This document shows positions 9,223-19,710 of a stretch of DNA of 64,000 nt, one piece after another (the stretch's first letter is position 1; each line of letters begins with the position of its first letter). Both the position numbers and the translations under genes were made by a program. Origin of the DNA: Terriglobia bacterium (GTDB lineage: Bacteria; Acidobacteriota; Terriglobia; JAJPHL01; JAPKYU01); the NCBI GenBank assembly GCA_965223005.1, contig CBDCVK010000002.1, positions 96,001 to 160,000 of the forward strand, given 5' to 3'. The notes below the pieces were generated by a model. The model saw nothing but the letters and a program-made list of their open reading frames with translations, was not told the origin of the DNA and did not search any database.

Positions 9223-11316
9223 GTGGAGCAAAAGTTGAAATCAAAACTTTCTATTGGAACATTCTTAGCGGTTTTCTCACTCCTCTGGGGCATTCGAGGC
9301 CTGCCATTATCGGCTGAGGAGGGGATGTATCTGCCGGGCGGGCTCCCACTCGAGGCCCTGCAAACTCGCTACGGCTTTTCGCCCACTCCTGAATGGCTCA
9401 AGCTCCTCCAGCACGCCTCGGTACGCTTCCCCAACGGCTCAGGCTCCTTTGTATCCTCTCAAGGATTGGTGTTTACCAATCATCACATTGCTCTCGATTG
9501 CGTCGAGAAGCTGAGCAGTGAGGAAGACAATCTGGTAAAAAACGGCTTTGTCGCCACCACTCAGGCCAAGGAAAAAAAGTGCCCTGACATGGAGCTAAAT
9601 GTTTTACAAACCATTCGCAACGTCACCCAGAAGGTTGAGTCTTCCGTGGAGCTCGAGATGGCCCCCTCCGAGGCCAGCCGTGCTCGCCGCGCCTTGATGA
9701 ACACGCTTGAAAGTGCGGAATCCGAAAACACCGGTCTTGAATGCCAGGTCGTCACCCTCTGGCACGGTGCCCGCTATCACCTTTACTGCTACAAGCGATA
9801 CACCGACGTGCGGCTCGTTTTTGTTCCCGAGCTGGATGCGGCCCGCTTCGGCGGCGACCCGGACAACTTCGAGTTTCCCCGCTTCACTCTGGATGCTGCA
9901 CTCTTCCGTGCCTACGACCAGGGAAAGCCGGTCACTCCGGAGGCTCACTTTGCCTGGCGCACGGAACCTCTTCAGGATGGAGAACTCGTCTTCGTGACGG
10001 GGCACCCAGGGCGAACCGAGCGGCAGGACACGGTTGCCACCATCAAGTTCCTGCGCGATACCTCCTATCCGAACCTGTTGAACCTCCTGCGCAGGTTTGA
10101 GATTGCCTTACAGCAGTTTAGCTTTGAAGGTCCCGAACAGGCCCGCATCGCCGACAAGCGGCTTTTCAGTGTTCAGAACGCCCGAAAGGCCTACACGGGT
10201 TTCCTCCAAAAACTCCAAGACCCGGTCTTTATGCGCGTCAAAGAACAGTCCGAAGCTGCGCTGCGGGCCCGTCTCCAGGAGAACTCCGAACTCCACTCCC
10301 GTTACGGAAGCGGCTGGGACGAGATCACACAGGCCGAAGCGGATCGTGCCCGCATCAATCAGAAATGGCTAATGCTCGAGCGTGGCTACGGTTTCTACTC
10401 GCGGCTCTTCCGCGTTGCGCGAACCCTGGTGCGCCTGACGGCAGAGCGCGAAAAACCCAACGCCGAGCGACTCCGGGAGTACAGCGACGCCAACATCCCT
10501 TCGCTTGAGCAGGTCCTTTTCTCCCCTGCGCCCATCTACGAAAACCTGGAAGTAGCCACGCTCAGCGACTCCCTGGCTCTACTTGTCGAGAAACTCGGTG
10601 CTGGGAACGATCTGGTGAAAAAGGTGCTCGCGGGAAAAAGTCCCAGGGAGCGAGCCTATGAGCTGGTCGATGGAACAAAAGTGAAAGACGTTGCCTTTCG
10701 CCGCCAGCTTGCTGAGGGAGGCCTCGAAGCTGTCAAAGCGTCGGAGGATCCAATGATCGGATTGGCGCTGGCTGTTGATCCTGCCGCGCGCCGGCTGAGG
10801 AAGATTGCCGAGGAAAGTAACGAACGCAAACGTCAAGCTTATGCCAAACTTTTCCAGGCGATTCGCGCCCTGGAAGGCACCGCCGGCTACCCTGACGCCA
10901 CGTTCACCCTCCGTGTGAGCTTTGGCAGCGTGAAGGGTTACCAGGAAAGCGGCCAGGAGGTTTCCTACGCGAGTACCTTCAGAGGTCTTTTCCAGCGCGC
11001 CGCCGAACATGAAAACCTCCGGCCATGGGAGTTGCCTCCGCGCTGGCTGGCTCGAAAGCAAAAACTGGACCTTGCCCTTCCCCTCAACTTTGTCAGCACC
11101 CACGACATCACCGGCGGCAACTCGGGCAGTCCCGTCATTGACGGCAACGGCGAAGTCGTCGGCATCATTTTCGACTCAAATATCCAAGGCCTGGGAAACG
11201 AGTTTGCGTATTCCGACACCCAGGCCCGAGCCGTTTCCGTTAGCGCCCAGGCTGTCCTCGAGGCCCTCCGCAAAATCTACGACGCTCCAACCCTCGCCGA
11301 CGAACTGACCAGATGA
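9223..11316 (+). CDS. S46 family peptidase (dipeptidyl peptidase 7/11-like)
   Basis: Signal peptide + EEGMY; GSGSFVS..GLVFTNHH; FGGDPDNF; DITGGNSGSP catalytic Ser. Confidence 0.93.
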   Translation: MEQKLKSKLSIGTFLAVFSLLWGIRGLPLSAEEGMYLPGGLPLEALQTRYGFSPTPEWLKLLQHASVRFPNGSGSFVSSQGLVFTNHHIALDCVEKLSSEEDNLVKNGFVATTQAKEKKCPDMELNVLQTIRNVTQKVESSVELEMAPSEASRARRALMNTLESAESENTGLECQVVTLWHGARYHLYCYKRYTDVRLVFVPELDAARFGGDPDNFEFPRFTLDAALFRAYDQGKPVTPEAHFAWRTEPLQDGELVFVTGHPGRTERQDTVATIKFLRDTSYPNLLNLLRRFEIALQQFSFEGPEQARIADKRLFSVQNARKAYTGFLQKLQDPVFMRVKEQSEAALRARLQENSELHSRYGSGWDEITQAEADRARINQKWLMLERGYGFYSRLFRVARTLVRLTAEREKPNAERLREYSDANIPSLEQVLFSPAPIYENLEVATLSDSLALLVEKLGAGNDLVKKVLAGKSPRERAYELVDGTKVKDVAFRRQLAEGGLEAVKASEDPMIGLALAVDPAARRLRKIAEESNERKRQAYAKLFQAIRALEGTAGYPDATFTLRVSFGSVKGYQESGQEVSYASTFRGLFQRAAEHENLRPWELPPRWLARKQKLDLALPLNFVSTHDITGGNSGSPVIDGNGEVVGIIFDSNIQGLGNEFAYSDTQARAVSVSAQAVLEALRKIYDAPTLADELTR

Positions 11317-11568
11317 TTCCGTTTTGCTAGTCTGCGAAACAGCTGCACGGGTCGAACGGTGGGCAAGGCACGGAGATTTTCTCAGATGTGAGAAATTCAA
11401 TATACACAGCTCGCCCAGCGTGCCTCCCGAAGGTGTCCGATATGGGTGCGATCCTGTAGATGACAGAGGCCATGGCAATCTGCGCTTGAGTCAGCAGTGC
11501 GGCTGGCGTATGCTTGGGGGCGGAAAAAAGCTCGGATCGGAGATTCTCGTTACAGGGAGAGCATCAAG

Positions 11569-14164
11569 ATGAAGAAGTCACGTCTGATCTTATTTGTTGG
11601 ACTCATCCTTAGCTTTTGGCAGTGGTGCCTCGGCGACAACGCTGACCTTCGATGAGCTGCCCCGGCAGTCGGTGGATGGCCTGAGTTTCATGGGGGTCAC
11701 TCTTGGTTTCACCTCGAGCGATGCCCGTTACAACGCCGGCGGTCCGGTGGACGTCACCTTTGTTCAGGATCCATCTTTAGAGGGAGATGCAAGCGGTATC
11801 CTGACGCTGGATTTCGACGTACCCACACCGACGCTTCAGTTTGGCGTGGCGCGAAGTACAGGCAGTGCCTTAACGCCCGGATTCACGGTAGAACTTTTTG
11901 ATTCATCATTGGTGTCTCTGGGCGTTACCCCAGTGAACACAACCCCCTTGATTTCCTTCTCTGAGGCGCAGTTCAGCCATTCCGGCACGTCTGTCAAACG
12001 GGCCATCATTACCTTTCCCAACCCAGAGCTAGCCACTCGCTTTGCCTTCGACAACCTCACCTTCGAGGGAGGAGGTCCTGCACCTGTTCCGGACCCTCCG
12101 GGTCTTTCTCCCGAAACCATTAGCCTGACCACGGGACCCACGGAGATGCCGGGCTTCAGCTTCGAAGTCCAGGCCCCGGGTACTCCGGCCCTGCAAGGTT
12201 CCAGTAGCAAGGGGTTACCCACCTTCGAGATCGTAAGCGTCAGCAACGTGGTGAACTGGACCGCAAGCGTGAAGTTACTGAGTGTGCCGGGGGCCAACTG
12301 GCTCACCATCAGTCCCACGTCGGGTAGCGCCACCCCGGAGCAGCCGTCGCGCGTGACAGGCCAGGTGGATGCCACCAAGCTGCCGGGCCCAGGCACCTAT
12401 CAGGCCGAGATTGCGGTCACCAGCAACCCGACGGTGATCCTTCCAGTGACGGTGGTCGTCCGGCCGGCTGGCGCCAGGTTATCGGTGAGCCAGACCTCAA
12501 TCCTGTTTCAAAGCGTGAGCAGCGGACCCCTTACGCCATCGCAAACGCTGACCATTTCCAATGAAGGAGACGGAACGCTGAACTGGTCGCTTTCCGGGCT
12601 GCCTCCCTGGCTGACAGCTTCCGCCCAGTCTGGAACCGCTACCGCTGGAGCCCCGGGCGCTGCCGTCGAACTGACGGCCGATCCCTCGAGCTTCGGTTCC
12701 GGCGTCAACAGCGCGCTGCTGACGGTATCGGCCTCGGGGGCCAGTAACAACCCACAGGTGGTGACGGTCGTGCTTTTGACAGTGCCGGGCGCTACCCCGG
12801 CAACGGCCGAGATCAGCCCGACCGCGCTGGTGTTTGTGGCTGAACAGGGCCAGCCGGCTCCCTCAGCTCAAACCGTTGCGGTCAGCAACGTCGGCGGCGG
12901 GACGCTTTCCTATACCTTCACAGCTTCGACTACTACCGGCGGCAATTGGCTGACCCTAACAGGGCAGGCCGGTTCCGCTCCAGGGGAGGTCACGGTCTTA
13001 GCGAATCCTTCAGGGCTGCCCCTCGGCCTGTATAGTGGGACGCTGAGCACCGTCGGGGTGGAGCTAAAGGTGGAAGTGTTGTTGCTTGTGGTGGAGCAGG
13101 GGAGTGCGCTGCGGGCGCAGGCGCTGGGTCTGCCCGGCGCGGCCCAGTGCGATCCGATGGGGCTTGAGCTGCTGGCTACCACCATCGGCACCGGGCTGAG
13201 CTTGCCAGTTTCCTTTCCCCGGGTGTTGACCGCGTTGGTGGTGGACGACTGCGGTACCGCGGTGAACAATGCCACGTTGGTGGCAGCCGTCGAAGGCTTA
13301 AACATCCCACTGCGTACGCTGGGCACCGGTTTTTACAGCGGCACGTGGACGCCGGTGAGCGCGGCGGACGAGGTTCTGGTCACCTTTGCGGCGCTGCATC
13401 CCACCCTGACCAAGGCGCAGCGCTCTTTTACGGTGGAGACGGCAGCTGCGCCGGGGGGCGCCACTTTGCCGTTGTTGTTTGCCGACGGGGTGGTGGAAGG
13501 GGCCGGTTTCACGAAGCGGCGGCCGCTGTCTGGCGGCGGCATCATCTCCCTGTTCGGTGCGAGCTTTGCCACCGAGAACAACTTCGCCGGCTTCCCGCTC
13601 CCGCGGGAGCTGGCCGGGGTTAGCGTGCGGGTAGGAAACGAGGACGCGCCGCTGTTTTTCGTGGGCCCGGGGCAGATTAACGCGCAGCTGCCGTTTGAGG
13701 TGAGCACGGGCGACAGCGTTCCAGTCGCCATCACCGTGGACGGCTTGCTGACCGCGCCGCAGAACTACCTGATTGCTGCTGGGCAGCCAGGCATCTTCAT
13801 TTCCGGCGAGAACGCCGCCATCCTGGACGCCTCGTTCCAGCTGGTGACAGCCCAGAACCCGGCGCGGGCCGGCGACACGATACAGATCTTCTGCACCGGC
13901 TTGGGGGCGGTGGATGTGGCAGTGGAGACGGGAGCCCCGGGTCCCTCGTTCAGCACCGTCGAGGTGCCGGTAAAGGTGACGATCGGAGGGATTGACGCTG
14001 CGGTAGCCTTCCAGGGTCTGGCGCCGGGCTTTGTGGGGCTCTACCAGGTGAACGTGGTGGTGCCCGCCGGCGTTACGCCGGGCGGCGCGGTCCCGCTGGT
14101 CCTGACCCAGGACGGGATTGTCGCCAACCCGGATCCGCCTGTGACCATCCCTGTGGTGCCCTGA
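11569..14164 (+). CDS. Secreted BACON-repeat protein with TIGR03437-like Solibacter C-terminal domain; frameshift in signal peptide
   Basis: Three WLT-containing BACON-like repeats; PLFFVGPGQINAQLP, NPARAGD, GLAPGFVGLYQVN; RBS-led ATG 11569 is out of frame with the body by one base near 11608. Confidence 0.8.
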
Positions 14165-14220
14165 GCCGGTGGCGGTCGAGACGCTTGGCTTTGGTCCTGG
14201 CCGCACTCCAGCTTAGGTTG

Positions 14221-14274
14221 CTAGACGCGTCCCTTTCAGGGCGGAAACGCGGGTCGAATCCCGCAGGGGACGCC
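14221..14274 (+). tRNA. Degenerate 3' fragment of tRNA-Glu(TTC); pseudo-tRNA or att remnant
   Basis: CCCT-TTC-AGGGCGG anticodon arm, GCGGGTCGAATCCCGC T arm (one T missing), AGGGGACGCC acceptor 3' strand; no 5' acceptor strand. Confidence 0.65.
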
Positions 14275-14275
14275 C

Positions 14276-15301
14276 CTACCGCTTGACGTATTTCCTCAAC
14301 ATCCGCGGGCCAACCTCTGCCCCGTACAAGTTACCCATCGCATCGGCCGCAACGCCTTCCGCCCCGCTCGTACTGGAGTTGTCCGGATCCGGTTCAGGGT
14401 CTGGAATGAAGGCCGCGACCCGGCCGTCTTTGGCGCTCCCGATTCGGATACCTCTCTTCCAGCCCGGGTTCCGGCGCGCGTTCGACTCCGAGTCGGCCAC
14501 ATAAATGGTGTCGTCTTCAGCAATGAACAGCCCGCTCGGCCGACCGAATTGTGTCCAGTGCGCGACGTAGTTTCCCTCCTGGTCGAAGATCTGGATCCGA
14601 TTGTTGCCCCGGTCGCCGACGAACAGCCGTCCTTGGGAATCCATGGCGAGGGCGTGGGGATCTTGGAACTCACCGGGTTCTGTTCCTGTTTTCCCCCAGG
14701 CCTTGATGAATTTCCCATCGCTGGAAAACTTGACCACGCGGTTATTACCATCCTCACCATGGCCATCCACGACAATATGACCATCCACGACAAAAACGTT
14801 GCCATTGGGAGCAACCAGCACATCAGACGGCCCATTGAAGATGTCCGGACCCTTCCCGGCGACCCCCGCGGTGCCCAGAGTCATCAACACCTTTCCGTCC
14901 GGATTGAACTGGAAGACTTGATGGCCCTTTCCGGTTGCTCCCTGTGCGTCGGTCACCCACACGTTTCCGTCCTGGTCCACATCGATACCGTGGGGCCACA
15001 CAAACATCCCCTGGCCAAAACTCCTCACCAGCTTGCCTGACGAATCAAACAAGAGGATCGGCGGGACATCATCTCGACCGACGCAGCTGTTTTGGCCACA
15101 TCTCTCCGCTACCCATATGCCGCCGTCCTGAGCCGGATGCACCGCGCTCGTCGATCCCCACTTCCTTCCCTCGGGGAGCTGCGCCCAACCCTCGACACTG
15201 CGATACGGATTATCTTGGGCGCGTGCCGCCATTCCAAACACCGCGACCATCGCGACGATGCCTACCCCAAGCGTGAATCCCATCCGACCTGAATGTGACA
15301 C
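14276..15301 (-). CDS. Secreted NHL-repeat beta-propeller (PAL-like, peptidyl-alpha-hydroxyglycine alpha-amidating lyase family)
   Basis: Signal peptide; PHGIDVDQDGNVWVTD, PHALAMDSQGRLFVGDRGNNRIQIFD repeats. Confidence 0.88.
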   Translation of the reverse strand: MSHSGRMGFTLGVGIVAMVAVFGMAARAQDNPYRSVEGWAQLPEGRKWGSTSAVHPAQDGGIWVAERCGQNSCVGRDDVPPILLFDSSGKLVRSFGQGMFVWPHGIDVDQDGNVWVTDAQGATGKGHQVFQFNPDGKVLMTLGTAGVAGKGPDIFNGPSDVLVAPNGNVFVVDGHIVVDGHGEDGNNRVVKFSSDGKFIKAWGKTGTEPGEFQDPHALAMDSQGRLFVGDRGNNRIQIFDQEGNYVAHWTQFGRPSGLFIAEDDTIYVADSESNARRNPGWKRGIRIGSAKDGRVAAFIPDPEPDPDNSSTSGAEGVAADAMGNLYGAEVGPRMLRKYVKR

Positions 15302-15638
15302 CGCAGCTCTCCTTTAGAAGAATTCGCGTTGCAAGTATAACCTGAGTGCATAAGTTACTCTTTGAACTGAATCGAGTAAAGATCAGCGTCCCTCCGCATC
15401 TGCATACGCATTCGGCCACTGGGCCGCCGCCCCCGCAGGCGCACTCCATCTAAGACAGGTGCACCCACTGGTCCCGCAGCGGCGCCGGCGACCTGTATCT
15501 CTCCTTGTCGCCCGCTATCGTTACCAACTACAATTCTGACTTCTGAGGCTGGCTTGCCCTTTCAAGGCGGGAACGTGGGTTCTGGGCGACGCAATGCCTG
15601 TTGCTGAGTTGCACTTCACTGGAAGAGAGGAGCTCACT

Positions 15639-15830
15639 ATGAACACTGAAATTCTGGCCGCTGCCGTTCTGGCTGCTGGCTTTGTCGGCGCTGGGCGCCT
15701 GTTGCTGCACTCCGGGCGCCTGGACGACACTCTGCGCGAAAAGTTCGTGGAGTACTATGTGTTCGTAAGCGAAGTCGCGCGCGTCAAGAGCGAGAAGAAA
15801 AGTAGGAAGAAGAAACGCGGGGCCCGATAG
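15639..15830 (+). CDS. Small protein: N-terminal hydrophobic helix, Lys/Arg-rich tail
   Basis: GAGGAG RBS; MNTEILAAAVLAAGFVGAG...KKSRKKKRGAR. Confidence 0.55.
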   Translation: MNTEILAAAVLAAGFVGAGRLLLHSGRLDDTLREKFVEYYVFVSEVARVKSEKKSRKKKRGAR

Positions 15831-15879
15831 GCCGCGCGGTGGCAGCGCCGGACAATGCGCGTAATGGGCCGTCCTGTTT

Positions 15880-16185
15880 TCACCGGGCAGCTTCAGCGAA
15901 AGCCGCGTGGCGCATAGGATCTGCCAGTCTGGATGGTTCAATCGGTTCCTCCCAGGCAAGACGCATTTTCAGGGGTGCGTATCTTTGCGGTTGTTCCTCT
16001 GTATCGATAGGGTTGACGCCGGGCCGCTTGAGCGCGGACAGATAAACCAGCAACCACGTTCGCGGGCCACCGATCTGGGCAAACGGGATCTTGCGGCGCT
16101 CGGCCCACCAGCGGATGGTGCGGGCTGGGATGCCGGTGGCGCGTGCCGCATCGGCGATACGAACCCAATCGTGTGATCTGGACAT
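15880..16185 (-). CDS. Excisionase/MerR-like helix-turn-helix protein
   Basis: IADAARATGIPARTIRWWAERRKIP...IGG..W winged-HTH pattern. Confidence 0.7.
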   Translation of the reverse strand: MSRSHDWVRIADAARATGIPARTIRWWAERRKIPFAQIGGPRTWLLVYLSALKRPGVNPIDTEEQPQRYAPLKMRLAWEEPIEPSRLADPMRHAAFAEAAR

Positions 16186-16310
16186 GCTGCTGTTTCGCCC
16201 CGTTTCTCAGAGAGTACGCGGGATCTGCCGCGTGCTGCTGCTGACTGCTGCCGATGAAACAGTCGGACCTGAAACCAGACGTCGCGTTTCTGCGATCCCG
16301 AAGATCTTTG

Positions 16311-16919
16311 CTACATCCGCAGGCCACTCCGGGCAGCCACGTACTGCTCGAACGAGAGCCACGTCGCGGCGCCGCGACGTGCTCGCCGCACATTGAACGC
16401 GCGCATGCGGTCGCCACACCGCTTGCAAAGTCCGCTGCGATTATTCGCCCCGAGGTGAGTTCCGCAGCTCTGGTTTCGGCAGTGCCGGACCGTCCCACTG
16501 TTCTGGAGTCGCCCCACGGTCGGCGGGGCAGTGCTTTCAGCGAATTGCGGGGCGCGAAGCGCTGCGGAGATGACTGCCGAGATGGTCAGCTGCTGCGCTT
16601 CTTTCTCCGGCCCTTTGACGGACCCGAGCATGGTGCCCAAGACAGCTTCAGGCTCGCGGAACATACGGTAATGGTGGACGCACACGCCTTCGGCCGCCAC
16701 GGGCCACACACAGGCCGGGTCAGCTGAACAGTGTGAAGCGCGAGGTGGGGTTTGCCGGATGGACGGCGAAGATTGTCGGTTCGTAGCCATGCTTTCTGCT
16801 CCTGTCGGCAGCCTTGTGGCGGTTGCCTGAGTTGCCCACTCACACCACATCTTGGGCGCGAACGATTCCATGTCCGCCAGTGGGTGGGCCGGGCCTCGGG
16901 AATTTGTTGCTTTTGCCAT
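16311..16919 (-). CDS. Hypothetical protein with two putative Zn-binding clusters
   Basis: CSADPAC-x9-CVHH and CRNQSC-x12-CKRC; divergent from XRE gene; start uncertain. Confidence 0.5.
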   Translation of the reverse strand: MAKATNSRGPAHPLADMESFAPKMWCEWATQATATRLPTGAESMATNRQSSPSIRQTPPRASHCSADPACVWPVAAEGVCVHHYRMFREPEAVLGTMLGSVKGPEKEAQQLTISAVISAALRAPQFAESTAPPTVGRLQNSGTVRHCRNQSCGTHLGANNRSGLCKRCGDRMRAFNVRRARRGAATWLSFEQYVAARSGLRM

Positions 16920-17000
16920 TGCTTCTTGTTGCCAAGCGCGCTACATAAGAGTCTGGAACCGCTTTTCAGGCGAACGCGGTCCCAGCGGGGAGCGTCCTCC

Positions 17001-17041
17001 TGAGTTACACATGTATAACACTTGAGTTACTCAAGTGTCAA
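17001..17041. promoter_or_regulatory. Palindromic operator(s) overlapping a leftward -35 box
   Basis: Perfect IR ACACTTGAGT-T-ACTCAAGTGT (17018-17038); imperfect IR GTTACACATGTATAAC (17004-17019); TTGACA on minus strand at 17041-17036. Confidence 0.7.
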
Positions 17042-17050
17042 TAGTTTTTC

Positions 17051-17515
17051 ATGAACATCGGCAGGAAAATCAAGGCTGTTCGCAAGCGACTGAAACTAAG
17101 CCGTTCAGATCTTGCACGTCTGACTGACCTGGCCTACTCGACCATCAGTTCCTACGAGCAGGGAACTCGAAAACCACCCCGGCAGTTCCTCCAGATGCTG
17201 GAGGAACTCGAACGGGCAGCCGGCAGTCCTGCCGGGATCGCCTCTGCTAGCGAACGCACGGACCTTCCGAGCTTGAGGAGCCGCTTATTGGCGCTGGAAG
17301 CCAGGGTGGGTGCTTTCGAGAACCGGTTTGCTGCGTTGGAGGCGCGCTCAGCGCAGCTGGAGGCGCGCGCCGAGTCCGCCTCGACGCCTTCTGCCGACGC
17401 GCCAGGTGTCGCGGTCCGGGGGCCGATCCAGGTTGGCGGTCAGGATCAGTCCGCGCCGGAGAAGCAGCTCGATGAGAAAACGACTGAGAAAAAGGCCCGC
17501 CAGCAGGAGCACTGA
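17051..17515 (+). CDS. XRE-family HTH repressor with coiled-coil region
   Basis: IGRKIKAVRKRLKLSRSDLA...STISSYEQGTRKP; heptad LRSRLLALEARVGAFENRFAALEAR; no RBS. Confidence 0.85.
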   Translation: MNIGRKIKAVRKRLKLSRSDLARLTDLAYSTISSYEQGTRKPPRQFLQMLEELERAAGSPAGIASASERTDLPSLRSRLLALEARVGAFENRFAALEARSAQLEARAESASTPSADAPGVAVRGPIQVGGQDQSAPEKQLDEKTTEKKARQQEH

Positions 17516-17630
17516 GGGCGCCGAGAAGACCGACGTCCAGCTTCTCGAAATCCTTCGCCACCTGCCTGTCGCTCGCCGGCGCGGCTACTTCCAGGAGATT
17601 CTGAGCGAGGTGGGGCCGGCGACCGAGTGA
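17472..17630 (+). CDS. Small hypothetical protein
   Basis: ATG 17472 overlaps the XRE 3' end; its stop overlaps the next start (GTGA). Confidence 0.35.
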   Translation: MRKRLRKRPASRSTEGAEKTDVQLLEILRHLPVARRRGYFQEILSEVGPATE

Positions 17631-18076
17631 TCCCCGTCGAAAAAATCCTGCGCGACCCCACTGTGTTGGAGGAAGCCGAGCGGCTGGCACAAGGCGCCGG
17701 CCTCGACGTGCGCGACCTGGCCCAGGTGGTCAACCCCTTCCAGGACGGCTCGCACTTCGCGCGCTCCAGGCGCTGCACCATGGTGCGCTTGCTCGGCGGC
17801 CAGGTCGGCGAAAACTCCGGCGTAGATGTCTACATCAAGGTGCACAGGGAGATTGAGTTCCGGCACAGGATCGTTCCCGCTGGCTTCGATCTGCATGTGC
17901 TGGCCGGTGCGCTGGAGATCATCCGCCAGGAGACGATCACGCCACTGGAGCGCGGCTGTGTGGCTGCGGTAGCAGCCGGTGGAGAAACCCTGCTGCGAGC
18001 CGGCCCCGGAACCCGCTTCGTCTACGTGAACCACCCGCTCCCCGCTTGGATCCGGCAGCGTACGCGGCAGCGCTAG
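17627..18076 (+). CDS. Hypothetical protein, possible cupin-like C-terminus
   Basis: GAGGTGGGG RBS-like site; beta-rich LHVLAGALEI...LERG...V...TRFVYV. Confidence 0.55.
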   Translation: MIPVEKILRDPTVLEEAERLAQGAGLDVRDLAQVVNPFQDGSHFARSRRCTMVRLLGGQVGENSGVDVYIKVHREIEFRHRIVPAGFDLHVLAGALEIIRQETITPLERGCVAAVAAGGETLLRAGPGTRFVYVNHPLPAWIRQRTRQR

Positions 18077-18094
18077 GAGGAAAGTTGGAGGGGC

Positions 18095-18973
18095 CTATTT
18101 GCCGAGCAGGTCGCCGTAAATTTCAGGCTTGCGGTCGCGCACGGCGCCGGAGCCGACGCGCTCGTCGAGGACGACCTCGGCGGTGACGACCTGGTCGTGT
18201 TCGCCGTCGTCGGCAGCAACGACGTTGCCTCTTGGATCGACGATCAGCGCGCGCTTGGGGTGTACGAAGGCCAGCCACACGCTGTTCTCGTGAGCGCGCG
18301 TGCGCATCATGGCGTCGTTCAGATCGTTGTAGTTCCCCCAGGCGGGCACCAGAATGAGTTGTGCTCCCTTGATTGCGAGAATGCGCGAGGTCTCTGGCAA
18401 CTGTCGGTCGTAGCAGACGAGCGAGCCGATGCGGGCCAGCGAGGTGTCGGCGACGGGGAACAGGACACCCTTGGTATTGAAAGGCTCGTCATGCGCGGTG
18501 TGGCTTTTTGAATAGAGTAATGCGGTCTCGCCCGAAGGGTTGATGAGCGCCGTCGAGTTATACATCCTCTCGCCGCGCCGCTCGGCGAAACCAAGGGAAA
18601 GATAGACGCCCAACTCACGGGCGAGCGCGCGGACGCGCGCTAGGATCGGCCCGTCGATCGGCTCGCCGATGGCGAAGTAGCGCTCGCGGGTCGCCTCGGG
18701 ATTCTTCCTCTCGTTGCCGACGTAGCCCTCGAGAAAACCCTCGGGCGTGACGATCAGCTTCGCGCCGCGGGAGGCGGCTTCGCGAGCCCAGCGGTCGAGC
18801 TTAGCGAGGTTGGCCTCCTTGTCCCACACCTTGGGCGTCACACTGATCGCCCCGAGGACAAAGCGCTTGGGCAGTGTGGGCTTCTCCTCCGCGGGGAGGG
18901 ACACGGGGGCGGGGAGGGACACGGGCAGGAGCGCAGCCGAGGTGATCACCCAGAGTAGGAACGCAGCACGCAT
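18095..18973 (-). CDS. Secreted carbon-nitrogen hydrolase (nitrilase superfamily)
   Basis: E-K-C triad motifs TPEG, YSKSH, VCYD; signal peptide. Confidence 0.9.
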   Translation of the reverse strand: MRAAFLLWVITSAALLPVSLPAPVSLPAEEKPTLPKRFVLGAISVTPKVWDKEANLAKLDRWAREAASRGAKLIVTPEGFLEGYVGNERKNPEATRERYFAIGEPIDGPILARVRALARELGVYLSLGFAERRGERMYNSTALINPSGETALLYSKSHTAHDEPFNTKGVLFPVADTSLARIGSLVCYDRQLPETSRILAIKGAQLILVPAWGNYNDLNDAMMRTRAHENSVWLAFVHPKRALIVDPRGNVVAADDGEHDQVVTAEVVLDERVGSGAVRDRKPEIYGDLLGK

Positions 18974-19114
18974 CAAGATCATCTTACATCAACCAGAATT
19001 TCCAATTTAAGGTAACAATTCCGACCGAAGTTGTTCTAATAAAGGTTCACAGCCCTTGAGTAGCCTTTAACTAGCCAACCTCCATCCTTGGCGGATAGAA
19101 CATGGCATCTGATC

Positions 19115-19710
19115 TCAGGCCGGCAGGCCCAGGTCGTCGGCCAGGCGGCGGCGCTGCTGGTGGATATTCCACCAGAGGTCACGCGTCGCCTGCTGCATCT
19201 GGTCCACTTTCTTGCGGCAAGTGGCCAGCACCTCGGCGTACTGGGGCGAGCCGGCTACGTTCCGCACCTCTTCCGGGTCCTTCTCCAGGTCGTAAAGCTC
19301 CTCGGCCGGGCGCCTCAGGAATGTCTCCACCGGGCGCCGGCCCATCATCGTGTGCTTGCGCTTCAGGCTTCCCTGCCAGGTCCGGGACGCGAACAGATCG
19401 CTGGGGAAGGGGTAGAGCAATTCCGGGAACAGGTTGCGGATGTACTTGTGGCGGCGCGTGCGAATGCCGCGACCTGGGTAATAGTTGATGACCTCGTGGA
19501 AAGTGTGCGACAGAAACACCTCATCCCAGCCTACGGGATTCTCCTGGTTCAGGATGGGCAGCAGCGAGCGACCGTGCACGGGGCCGTACAGAGGCCCGTA
19601 CAGAGGATAGTCGGGCGGAGGTGCACCGGCCCAATCCAGACAGGTCGGCAACAGGTCCACAAAGTGGGCCAGGGCCGCATTAACCAGCCCGCGTCGCTTC
19701 AGCCGGTGAC
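19115..19710 (-). pseudogene. C-terminal fragment of a sulfatase (N-sulfoglucosamine sulfohydrolase-like)
   Basis: VDLLPTCLDWAG, GRSLLP, HTFHE, EELYDLEKDPEE; N-terminal CxPxR half absent. Confidence 0.75.
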
